Source: Acidobacteriota bacterium
GTDB lineage: Bacteria > Acidobacteriota > UBA890 > WLXD01
Assembly: GCA_965248695.1 (NCBI GenBank)
Contig: CBDFKD010000002.1
Location: 2,304,001-2,368,000, forward strand
Direction of reading: 5' to 3'
Length of the DNA stretch: 64,000 nt
The stretch's first letter is position 1. Each line of letters begins with the position of its first letter. This document shows positions 7,201 through 15,475 of this stretch, one piece after another. Made by a program: the position numbers and the translations under genes. The notes under the pieces are model-generated. The model ran no database searches. It was not told where the DNA came from and saw only the letters and a program-made list of their open reading frames with translations.

Positions 7201-7490
7201 GATTCGTCCCCACCGGGGCGCGGCCCCCTGGATCTGAAGAGACCCTGTTAGCCGCCGTGACCTAATGGCGTGCCACGTCACGCTCTCAGAATATGTCTTA
7301 GTACTACCGAATTCGTCCCCACCGGGGCACGGCCCTTGGATCCTTCAAGATCCACCAGCCGCCGCGGCTTCGTACCGCACCGCGTCACGCTCGGTTACTT
7401 CCGATTCGTCCCCACCGGGGCGCGGCCCCCTGGATCTGAAGAGACCCTGTTAGCCGCCGTAGCCTAATGGCGTGCTACGTCACGCTCGGT
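7201..7490 (-). ncRNA. Three tandem copies of a ~90-nt structured RNA element in the capsid leader
   Basis: Copies at ~7201-7285, 7306-7395, 7401-7489; conserved GAGCGTGA and CCCCGGTGGGGACGAAT ends; compensatory changes in stems. Confidence 0.75.
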
Positions 7491-7501
7491 ACTGCTGTCC
7501 T

Positions 7502-8263
7502 CTACTGTACTACGGCCTTGCCGGCCGCAATGTCCTCCAAGCTCCCCCCGAACTGATCTTCCGAAACCATACGTGCCATACCCGTTGTGGAACCGCTCGT
7601 ATCGCTCGGGCGTGCTCCACCTCCGGTGGATTCCTTGAACAGATGCGCCGCTTGTCGCTGTAGCCTCTCGCCCCACTCTTGCATCGTGAGCGGCAGCGCC
7701 GGGTTGATTTCGGAAAACAACGGCTCCTCGCCACGCTTGGCAACGACCTTGCCGTCCTCTTCGGTCAGCTGGAAGACCGCTGTTCCACGAGACAAAAAGT
7801 CTTCCCACGCCTCGTCACGTACTCCGAGCTTGGATCCCACGGTTCGCAGCTGCGACTCAAGATCCTTCCGTGCCGCTTGCTGCCGTGCCGCCACCTCGCG
7901 CGCATTGGACTCATCGAGCTTTTTTGCCAATGACTCTAGCTGCGCCTGGATCGCTTGCATCTCCGCGTCCTTCTTGGGCGCCGTCTTCTTCAACGTCTCA
8001 AGCTCCGTGACGGCGCTCGTGTACTTGTCCTCAAGACCGGAGATCTCATCGAGCCTCGTGGTCAAATCACCGATCTTGCTGTTCAGACCAACGTTGCTAT
8101 CCCGGAAATGCGCCGTGGCCTTCTTCTGCTCCTCCAGCTCCGAGGCCACCACCATCCCCGGCACATCGCCTTCGAGCTTCAGTACGTACTTACCGTCACG
8201 CTCCACGTACTCGTCGCGAAGTGCTTCGGCAACGGCACCCAGATCTTCAACGACGACTTGCAT
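7502..8263 (-). CDS. Capsid scaffolding protein
   Basis: ALRDEYVERDGKYVLKLEG start, coiled-coil middle, HLFKESTGGGA C-terminal motif; upstream of capsid. Confidence 0.85.
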   Translation of the reverse strand: MQVVVEDLGAVAEALRDEYVERDGKYVLKLEGDVPGMVVASELEEQKKATAHFRDSNVGLNSKIGDLTTRLDEISGLEDKYTSAVTELETLKKTAPKKDAEMQAIQAQLESLAKKLDESNAREVAARQQAARKDLESQLRTVGSKLGVRDEAWEDFLSRGTAVFQLTEEDGKVVAKRGEEPLFSEINPALPLTMQEWGERLQRQAAHLFKESTGGGARPSDTSGSTTGMARMVSEDQFGGSLEDIAAGKAVVQ

Positions 8264-8411
8264 GCTCCCACCCTGTCAGCGCGACCGACCGTGGCCCCCC
8301 GGCTACGGTCCGTTGCGTCTGAATCCGTCTCCTTGAATCAATACGACGATCCTGGTCGCGGTGTCAAGCACCTACCGTCGATCCGATTAACCACGCGTGC
8401 TCAGGTACGAG

Positions 8412-8463
8412 AAGGTAAACTTTCGCTTACCTTATTGACTGAAGTAAGGAACTACTGTATATT
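8412..8463 (+). promoter_or_regulatory. vapBC promoter and operator
   Basis: TTGACT (8435-8440), 17 nt, TATATT (8458-8463); inverted repeat AAGGTAA-N8-TTACCTT (8412-8433). Confidence 0.75.
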
Positions 8464-8488
8464 GTAAGGAAAGCCTTGAGGTGCTGCC

Positions 8489-8722
8489 ATGATCGAATCT
8501 TCTATCAGCAAGAAAGGACAGACAACACTCCCCAAGCCCGTACGGGAGATGCTCGGCGTCCAGGCTGGGGACCGGGTACGCTACGTCATTGCCGACGGCG
8601 AGGTGCGAATTCTGCCCGTGCGCTCCATCAATCGGTTGTTCGGCGTGCTACAGCATGATGGCCCCGCCCTTGCGGTAGAGGAAATGGAGCAGGCCATAGC
8701 CGACAGCGCGGCTGAGGGATGA
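8489..8722 (+). CDS. vapB: AbrB/MazE-type antitoxin
   Basis: ISKKGQTTLPKPVREMLGVQAGDRV swapped-hairpin motif; ATGA overlap with PIN gene. Confidence 0.9.
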   Translation: MIESSISKKGQTTLPKPVREMLGVQAGDRVRYVIADGEVRILPVRSINRLFGVLQHDGPALAVEEMEQAIADSAAEG

Positions 8723-9111
8723 TCGCGCTCGATACCAACGTTCTCGTCCGCTATCTGGTGCGCGACGATGTGCAACAGGCGGAGGCTGCTCGGACGTTAC
8801 TGGAGTCGCTCACGATAGATTGTCCCGGCTACGTCTGCCGCGAAGTAATCGTCGAGCTTGTCTGGGTATTGGAACGTGCCTACAGGTTCCCCCGTAAACG
8901 AATAGCGACGATATTGGAACAACTCGTGGCGACCGATGGTCTCGTAGTCGAAGAGGCAGACGATGTAGCCCGTGCAGCGTTTCGATACCAGGCGCATGGC
9001 TCTGGATTTTCTGATCTGATGATTCTGGCAGCGGCCGAACGATCTCAGGCCCATCCGCTATATACCTTCGATAAGAAGGCTACACGGCTTGAAGGTGTGA
9101 CGCTGCTATAG
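8719..9111 (+). CDS. vapC: PIN-domain toxin
   Basis: MIALDTNVLVR...E...FSDLMI...TFD PIN motifs. Confidence 0.92.
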   Translation: MIALDTNVLVRYLVRDDVQQAEAARTLLESLTIDCPGYVCREVIVELVWVLERAYRFPRKRIATILEQLVATDGLVVEEADDVARAAFRYQAHGSGFSDLMILAAAERSQAHPLYTFDKKATRLEGVTLL

Positions 9112-9144
9112 GGGAGACTGCGTGCTACACGCGATTAACGTGCT

Positions 9145-9726
9145 CTAGCGGCCGTCTGTAGCGATCCCCACCGCACACCGGCACCGAGGATGCGCCGGTG
9201 GCCCCGGAATCAGAAACGGCTTGCCAACCTCCGCCACGGCGTCACGCATCGGCTCACAAATCGGGCAGAGCCGATCATCCGGCGTGACGATCCATACTTT
9301 CTTCTGCCCCTTGGGCAACAGCCCCGCCCGCTGCGCCTGACGCCAGGATTCTTCCTGCCCCGCATTGAGCGCGTTCATCACCTCGGTGCGGGCGATTGTC
9401 TTGGCCCGCTCCCGAAGCTTCTTCTGCACGTAGCGGTCCACCTTGCGGTCGACAAACTGCAGCGTCAGCCCCTGGTCGATCAGCTCGGCGCGGTAATTCA
9501 GCGCCGCTTGGACCTGTTGCGCGTTCAGTCCGATCATCGGTTGGATCGCGCGTGCCGCCTCGAACGGAGGCTGCCCCTCGCGGATGGCGCGCACGATGGC
9601 TGCACGAATACCCCGACGGGTCTCCTCTGAGACTCCCTTGACGAGCCGTGCCGCATGGCGGGCAGCGGCGCGCTGTGCTGCCGGGAGCGTGGCGTCGAAC
9701 CGGAAGGAAGTGCTGGTCGTGGCCAT
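9145..9726 (-). CDS. Phage minor head / head morphogenesis protein (Mu gpF / SPP1 gp7 domain)
   Basis: RAKTIARTE, KVWIVTPDDRLCPIC, PPAHPRCRC. Confidence 0.88.
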   Translation of the reverse strand: MATTSTSFRFDATLPAAQRAAARHAARLVKGVSEETRRGIRAAIVRAIREGQPPFEAARAIQPMIGLNAQQVQAALNYRAELIDQGLTLQFVDRKVDRYVQKKLRERAKTIARTEVMNALNAGQEESWRQAQRAGLLPKGQKKVWIVTPDDRLCPICEPMRDAVAEVGKPFLIPGPPAHPRCRCAVGIATDGR

Positions 9727-9729
9727 CGC

Positions 9730-10065
9730 TTACCGGCTCGTTAGGCGTTGGACGCGTAGCACCGCGCAGCGTGGAATCGTCATGTCGCCGCACCCCTGGC
9801 GGGCAACTCCCTCAGTCTGGTCCGTCAGGTGGGGCACAACCACGAGACACTGATCGTCTTCGTGTACCAATCACCCTACAGACCGGTACACGAGAGCCGC
9901 AGGCTCGATCATATCCAATGGCTGCCAACTGGCAGAACAGCCGTACGAGTCGTGCCACTCCACCAGAACAGGCGCCATCAAGCTCTCGGCACCAGCCTCG
10001 TCGTACAGACCCTCCCGCAAGCGCTCCATGGCCCGTACGAACGCCCGCTCCATCCTAGAGCTCAT
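9730..10065 (-). pseudogene. Phage hypothetical gene with in-frame TGA at 9873-9871
   Basis: Reads VLVEWHDS...YRSVG*LVHEDDQCLVVVPH...GDMTIPRCAVLRVQRL in one frame to TAA at 9732-9730. Confidence 0.7.
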
Positions 10066-10269
10066 TGATTCGCTTCGCCCCGAGTCTTCCACCGCGCATG
10101 AACGCCTCCTGCACGCTGTCTCCCACTCCCTCCAACGCCTCCCGAACCTCACCCACCGGCACCCGCCGCAGCGCCCCCTTCGCATCGCCGGCCGACAGCG
10201 CTAGCGCTAGCTCGTTGATCGACACCTGATCCCGCAAGCGCTCCATGGCCCGTACGAACGCCCGCTCCA
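10013..10269. repeat. Perfect 40-bp direct repeat (10013-10052 and 10230-10269)
   Basis: tcccgcaagcgctccatggcccgtacgaacgcccgctcca twice; encodes ERAFVRAMERLR in two adjacent ORFs. Confidence 0.95.
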
Positions 10270-10333
10270 GGCGCGGCTCGATCCTGTCGGCGGCCGCATG
10301 AAGCTCCCGATACGCAGGCTCTCTACGTGGCAT
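10055..10333 (-). CDS. Helical protein, likely separated N-terminal part of the head morphogenesis protein
   Basis: MPRREPAYRELHAAADRIEPRLERAFVRAMERLRDQVSINEL; position between portal and gpF domain. Confidence 0.6.
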   Translation of the reverse strand: MPRREPAYRELHAAADRIEPRLERAFVRAMERLRDQVSINELALALSAGDAKGALRRVPVGEVREALEGVGDSVQEAFMRGGRLGAKRINEL

Positions 10334-10625
10334 CGGGAAATAACCCCCCCTTGACCATCTCGGATGCAATGGCGTTGCATACCAACTCTTCGAGTTCTTG
10401 ATGCTCTTCGAGAACCGAGCTCAGCCCCCGCACGAATAACACCGCATGCACCCACTCATGCAGCAGCACATAGTGCTTCCATTCACCGTCCGGCAAGTCC
10501 TCTGCTAGCCGAATGTGCGGCGTCGGCTGGCTAATAAACTCGCCGTGAGCCTCCTCGGTTATATGGATACGAGGCACCTCCTCAACGGCTACCGATATCC
10601 CGTCAACTCTTAGAACCCTGCTCAC
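10323..10625 (-). CDS. Small HExxH metallopeptidase-like protein (ImmA/IrrE-like)
   Basis: YVLLHEWVHAVL...EELVCNAIA; coupled to portal stop. Confidence 0.75.
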   Translation of the reverse strand: MSRVLRVDGISVAVEEVPRIHITEEAHGEFISQPTPHIRLAEDLPDGEWKHYVLLHEWVHAVLFVRGLSSVLEEHQELEELVCNAIASEMVKGGLFPDAT

Positions 10626-12037
10626 GCCACCTCTCCCACGAGCGCCGGTCCCTGACGCCCGATCTCCGCTTGTTCCTCCTCCGCACTCACCCCCGGCCGC
10701 GCCAGCTCGCCCTTCTGCATCGCCGCCCAGAAGGTCTCAAACGACACCGCGTCCGCCTGCAACGCCAACACCAAGGAGCGCAACATGTCGGCCCTCATCG
10801 GCACCGCCACGAAGTCCTTGTTCAGCTCGTAGGCAACCTCCACGTCGCTTGGCTTGGCTTCCGTACCCATCCACCAGGCGTGATACCGCCACGCCTGACC
10901 CAGGGCACTCTCGATCGCCTGCGCCACCGTTCGCAGCGTGGCGTGGGCCCCAGCGTGACGCATCCCTACCGCCGTGGCGGTCTCCGCCGCTCGCGGCTGC
11001 TCTTCCAACAACCGCGCACCCAGCGTCGCCATCATGAGGCGCTTTTCCTCCGATGCCTTGTCCAACGCCCCTAACCCCTGGCCGGTGAACTCCAGCATCC
11101 CCGCCTTACCGGTGGGCTCCAGCATCCACGCTGTGCCCGAGCCGATCTCCAACCGCCCTGACTCCTCGTCCTTGATCCCGGCTACCCACGGGGTAGGCAG
11201 TGCCGTGAAGTGTCGCCCGTGCTCTAGGTCCGCCATCGTCCGGTAGTGCGACAGGTTCACATCCACCAGGTCCAGCAGGGGGGGCTTGTCCACCCGAGCC
11301 GACGTGGAGTTTGGAGACACGAACACGAAGGGAATGAACGGCAGCGCCTCGCCGCGCCGTATCGCCACCACTTCCGGCTCCTGCTGCCCCGGCGGTGTCC
11401 ATGGTTCGTACTTGGAGGAGGATTTCGAGGCTTTCCGATACACCGTTTGCGTATATGCCCCGTCTCGTAGCCGCAGCACCCGGTACTGATCGATTTGCCG
11501 CGTGACGAACTCGTCTCGCTCATCGGGCTCCCGCGCTACCTCTCTGAGCACCACCCGTGTAGTGATCTCATCGCCACCCAGACGCTGCGTGCGCCACGAC
11601 ACGATGTCCTCGGCCCGATACCCACACCAGTAGGGTCGCTTACCCGCTACCTGTTCGGAGCCCATCTCCACCAGGATTCCGTAGCGACCCGTCAGCAGCA
11701 CCTCGCGGGTAGCTTGGAGTGCGAACGTCTCGGCCGACTCGCCCCCTAGCGTCACGTCCCTATCGTGATCCTGGATGCTTGCGGGCAGCAGAAGCGTTGG
11801 CTCTTTCTGAAAGATCAGTCCCGCCAAACCATCCACCGTGCGTCCGGTGGCGTTGTAAAACAGCGCTCGTTGCTTGTAAGCCTCGTACTTGGCTGGCTCG
11901 CGTCCGTGGCTCGCTAGCGGGGGCAGGTATCCAGCCCCCTGCTCCTTGACTGCGTCAGAGCCTTCGTAGCAATGACGCACCCGCTGCCACTTGGTGACGA
12001 ACGCCTCATACGTATCGGAAGCGGTATCTACTGGCAT
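10622..12037 (-). CDS. Portal protein (DUF4055-like)
   Basis: YEAYKQRALFYNAT, KPPLLDLVDVNLSHYR, AETATA motifs; follows terL. Confidence 0.88.
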   Translation of the reverse strand: MPVDTASDTYEAFVTKWQRVRHCYEGSDAVKEQGAGYLPPLASHGREPAKYEAYKQRALFYNATGRTVDGLAGLIFQKEPTLLLPASIQDHDRDVTLGGESAETFALQATREVLLTGRYGILVEMGSEQVAGKRPYWCGYRAEDIVSWRTQRLGGDEITTRVVLREVAREPDERDEFVTRQIDQYRVLRLRDGAYTQTVYRKASKSSSKYEPWTPPGQQEPEVVAIRRGEALPFIPFVFVSPNSTSARVDKPPLLDLVDVNLSHYRTMADLEHGRHFTALPTPWVAGIKDEESGRLEIGSGTAWMLEPTGKAGMLEFTGQGLGALDKASEEKRLMMATLGARLLEEQPRAAETATAVGMRHAGAHATLRTVAQAIESALGQAWRYHAWWMGTEAKPSDVEVAYELNKDFVAVPMRADMLRSLVLALQADAVSFETFWAAMQKGELARPGVSAEEEQAEIGRQGPALVGEVA

Positions 12038-12443
12038 CGTCCCACCCCTTTTTCAGCTCTCGCGCATACCGGGGGCCTTTCCCCCCCCCCCCGGACCTAG
12101 CGGACGAGATCTACTGATATATGTTCCTCTAACTACTACTTGCACACCCGACAACTCCCCCTGGTCCTTAGTGGGGGAGGTGGCTTTTGCGGACGCCCCC
12201 GTATGGCTGGCTTCGGGTCGAAGACAACAATCCGCCCCCGGTCCCTACTGCGACAGTCGTGGCCCTGCACGGTCCCACCCGCACGTTGGCTCCACGCTGC
12301 CCTTCGGAAGGTATGCAAGGGTCGTTGGAGTGCTTGTATGAAATCGCTCCGGGGAGCCGCCCCGGTTCGGGGTGGCGTGCGCACCAACGAAACGACCGAA
12401 TGCAGATCGGTTCGCTGCTGCGCGCGCGTCTCCTCACGTCTCC

Positions 12444-13676
12444 TCACCCCCACGCCACCTGTCGCTGCCTCACCGCGACTCTCCGCACCCGCTCCACCGC
12501 GTAGCGCAGCGCGTCGATGACGTGGTTGTGGGTGTCCTGTAGCACCGGGATCACTTGTCCCGTGCGCCGATCCGTCTTGTAGCTGTACAACGTCAACTCC
12601 TGGATCATGTGGTGGCAGCGGGGATGCACGACGATGTCGTAGCTGCGCAGAAACTCGATACCTTCTTCCACGCTTCCCGGCCCCTTGCGCGCTTTGGCGA
12701 TGCGCGGGTACCCGTGTCGCTGCAGATACGCGATCGTCTCCGGACGAGCGGAATCGGCGATGATCGGCCAGGCGCGTGCCTGGCCGTTGTCGATGGAGTC
12801 GAATAGCTCCGCCGTGCGGTCGATCTCGCAGCCCACTTGGTACGCCTCCCGATCCACGTACAACTTCCGCCCATCGATCCAGCAGCGCACCAGCACCGTC
12901 GGGTCGACTGAGAAACCCCAGTCGGCTCCGAAGTACAACGCTGTGCCTTCGGGCGGATCGGCGAACTGCTCGACGCTCCAGTTGTCGAACACTCGCGCTT
13001 CTGACCGGCCCACGTACTCCCCCAGCCAGACGTGGGCGTACTTGTCCGGGTCGCGCGCCCGGTCCCACTGCATCTCCTGGGCCAACACGTCTGGGAACCA
13101 GGGGTTGTCCGCGTAGTTGGCCTCCACCACCACCGCGCCGGGCGGTGCATTGGTGCCGCGGAGCAGCGCATCCACCGGGTCGGTGGGACTGTTGGGGTTC
13201 CACGAAAACCACAGCTCCGAGCCGGTGGCGCGCACCGTCGGGCGCAACAGCTCTAGCGACTTGGCTGATAGCGACTGCGCCTCCTCCACCCACGCGATCC
13301 CATACCCCTCCAGCGACTTGATCGACTCGGCCGTATGGTTCTGCATCCCGTGAAAGATGATCCGGCCGTTGGCGCCGGTCTCGATATGCGTGTTGAGGAT
13401 GCGGAAGTGCTCTGACACCCCGAGCCTTCCGATGGTGTCCTCTAGCAGCCGCTTCACGGACTGATCCAGCGACCGTTGCACCTCGCGCACGCACAGGGCT
13501 CGGGTGTTGGGATCCTCTAGGCATCGTTGCACCAGCAGCGAGGCGAAAAACCATGACTTGCCTGATCCTCGCCCACCGTACGCACCCCGGTACCGTGCGC
13601 GCTCCTTGAGCAGCGGCACGAACGCGCGCGGGGCTTGGAGCTGAAGCGTGCCCTCATGCTGCCCGTCATGCCGCAT
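12444..13676 (-). CDS. PBSX-family terminase large subunit
   Basis: YGGRGSGKS Walker A, WVEEA Walker B, GADWGF, ADSARPE, NHVIDALRY; probable ATG at 13676. Confidence 0.93.
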   Translation of the reverse strand: MRHDGQHEGTLQLQAPRAFVPLLKERARYRGAYGGRGSGKSWFFASLLVQRCLEDPNTRALCVREVQRSLDQSVKRLLEDTIGRLGVSEHFRILNTHIETGANGRIIFHGMQNHTAESIKSLEGYGIAWVEEAQSLSAKSLELLRPTVRATGSELWFSWNPNSPTDPVDALLRGTNAPPGAVVVEANYADNPWFPDVLAQEMQWDRARDPDKYAHVWLGEYVGRSEARVFDNWSVEQFADPPEGTALYFGADWGFSVDPTVLVRCWIDGRKLYVDREAYQVGCEIDRTAELFDSIDNGQARAWPIIADSARPETIAYLQRHGYPRIAKARKGPGSVEEGIEFLRSYDIVVHPRCHHMIQELTLYSYKTDRRTGQVIPVLQDTHNHVIDALRYAVERVRRVAVRQRQVAWG

Positions 13677-14115
13677 CGTCCTGAGCCTCGAGCTCCGCAT
13701 CGGCATCCTCGGCCTTAGGATCCACGATGACCCATTCGATGCGGTTGATGATCGGGCCGCCGTGAGGTCCGCCGTGCTCGTGCTTGTGCTTCCCGGACAG
13801 GCTGTTGCGATCCAGGATGTCGCGGGCGGCAACCAGAGCAAGAGCCTTCGCCTCGTCATCCTGAACGATCTTGGATAGACGCTCGATCGCGGGATCCACG
13901 AGGGCGGCAAGTCGCTCCTGTGCCTTGGCCCTGACCTGCGGCGCGGCTCCACCGTGAAAACGACAAACCGTGCCGCCAGCGATCGCCAGGTTTCGACATC
14001 GCTTGCCGCTTCTAGCTGTCGCATGACAGCGGTTTGCAACGCTCAAGTGATTTCTTCCATGGGGTCTCGTTGCTCCATGGGGTCCGTCATGAGACTCATC
14101 GGTTGGCGTGCTCAT
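13666..14115 (-). CDS. Terminase small subunit-like protein with HGG zinc motif
   Basis: RCHATARSGKRC...VCRFHGG, AARDILDR; overlaps terL start. Confidence 0.75.
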   Translation of the reverse strand: MSTPTDESHDGPHGATRPHGRNHLSVANRCHATARSGKRCRNLAIAGGTVCRFHGGAAPQVRAKAQERLAALVDPAIERLSKIVQDDEAKALALVAARDILDRNSLSGKHKHEHGGPHGGPIINRIEWVIVDPKAEDADAELEAQDDAA

Positions 14116-14435
14116 GCGATGCGCTCCAGGAGCCCTCGATGACGCAGTTGTTCGGTGAGCGCCACCGGGTCAGCACCGATGTACTGACACCACCAGCCCA
14201 GCGAGCAGGGGCGCAACTCCTCCGGGTGCGACAACCACGCAACCAGGTCTGATTCGGGGCCGATCTCCCGTAGCCTCTTGCACGTGCAAGCGGGCCGCTC
14301 GGTTCGATCACGCCACGTTGCCACCATGCCCAGGTCGACAATCGCCCGACGGATCACCGCAGCGGCAAGTGCGCGCTCCGGGGCGATGTCCACGCCTTCA
14401 ACGTCGGGGATCGCGGGGGACTCGAAGCTGATCAT
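14112..14435 (-). CDS. Hypothetical phage protein (possible late regulator)
   Basis: ERALAAAVIRRAIVD...WWCQYIGADP; ATGA overlaps on both sides. Confidence 0.65.
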   Translation of the reverse strand: MISFESPAIPDVEGVDIAPERALAAAVIRRAIVDLGMVATWRDRTERPACTCKRLREIGPESDLVAWLSHPEELRPCSLGWWCQYIGADPVALTEQLRHRGLLERIA

Positions 14436-15475
14436 GCCGCTAGCTCCAGGAGCATCGGGTCCTCGCGGTTCAGCAGCGGCGCGTCATCTCCGATCCTGCG
14501 GCGAGCCATCTGTACGTACTCGGGATTGAGCTCGATGCCCACGAAACGGCGGTCGGCGCGGAGCGCAACGACGCCCGTGGTACCGGAGCCGCAGAAGGGG
14601 TCGAGCACGACACCGCCTTCGGGGCAGCCGGCCAGCACACACGGCTCCACGAGCTTGGTCGGGAAGGTGGCGAAGTGCGCTTCGGGAAACGCAGCTTTGC
14701 CGCCATTCGAGATGGTCCAGACCGAGCGCAGGTTCGCACCTTGCTTGACTTTGCCGCCGCGGTGACAGGGGCGCTGCGGCCTAGCAGTCGGATTGGCCCC
14801 GTGATAGTTCGGCGAATTTGCCCACCCAGAGATGTTGGATTTTCGCCACCTGCCATCAACCAAATCGCTCCGCGTCTCCGGGCGATATAGCGTTCGAACC
14901 GCGTCAGCGTCGTAGTAGTACCGAGCGGACTTCGACAGCAGGAAGACGTACTCGTGGGCCTTTGTGGGCCGATCGGTGACCGACTCGGGCATCGGGTTCG
15001 GCTTTGCCCAGAGGATGTCCGAGCGCAGCCACCAGCCATCCGCTTGCAGCGCGAAGGCGATGCGCCAGGGCATGCCGATCAAGTCCTTCGGCTTGAGCCC
15101 CGGTGTGCGCTCCATGCTTCCAGTGAGGTTCCTGATCTGCGCTGCCTTCACTTGGTTCGCGCTCAGAGCGGAGACATTCGGCGCGTGCTTGCCAGCGTGC
15201 TCTCGTGATTGGGCACCACACGAGCCCGCATAGCAGTCCCCCATGTTGAGCCACAGCGTGCCGTCGCTCCGCAGCACTCGGCGGACCTCTCGGAACATCG
15301 CCACCATCTTGGCGACGTACTCGTCGAGTGTTGCTTCGAGCCCGACCTGGCCGTCAGTCCCGTAGTCACGGAGCCCCCAGTAGGGCGGCGAGGTCACGAC
15401 GCAGTGGACCGACTCGTCCGGTAGCTGGGCGAGGCCCTCCAGCACGTCGGCACAGATCAGCCGGAAGTGCCTCAT
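14432..15475 (-). CDS. Orphan DNA methyltransferase, beta class (probable N4-cytosine)
   Basis: VTSPPY catalytic motif, HFATFP, VLDPFCGSGTT; ATG at 15475. Confidence 0.92.
   Translation of the reverse strand: MRHFRLICADVLEGLAQLPDESVHCVVTSPPYWGLRDYGTDGQVGLEATLDEYVAKMVAMFREVRRVLRSDGTLWLNMGDCYAGSCGAQSREHAGKHAPNVSALSANQVKAAQIRNLTGSMERTPGLKPKDLIGMPWRIAFALQADGWWLRSDILWAKPNPMPESVTDRPTKAHEYVFLLSKSARYYYDADAVRTLYRPETRSDLVDGRWRKSNISGWANSPNYHGANPTARPQRPCHRGGKVKQGANLRSVWTISNGGKAAFPEAHFATFPTKLVEPCVLAGCPEGGVVLDPFCGSGTTGVVALRADRRFVGIELNPEYVQMARRRIGDDAPLLNREDPMLLELAA

Noticed and set aside
7169-7213. 15-aa N-terminal extension of the capsid ORF in the track
   Set aside because: A strong SD precedes GTG 7168; the extension lies in the structured leader
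7201-7490. CRISPR mini-array or RNA anti-CRISPR (GTCCCCAC...GGGG recalls type I-E repeats)
   Set aside because: The would-be spacers are themselves near-identical and structured, the hairpin geometry differs from I-E repeats, and no cas genes are in the window
7201-7490. tRNA genes, ZTP riboswitch or HDV-like ribozyme
   Set aside because: No TTCGA T-loop, 7-bp acceptor stem or CCA; ZTP-like words are on inconsistent strands; I could not build the HDV nested double pseudoknot by eye
9871-9873. Selenocysteine or genetic-code reassignment at the TGA
   Set aside because: Context suggests Trp, no evident SECIS, and TGA terminates many neighbouring genes
13677-14039. Long N-terminal extension of terL (531 aa in track)
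   Set aside because: Overlaps terS in another frame; PBSX-type homology begins near 13676
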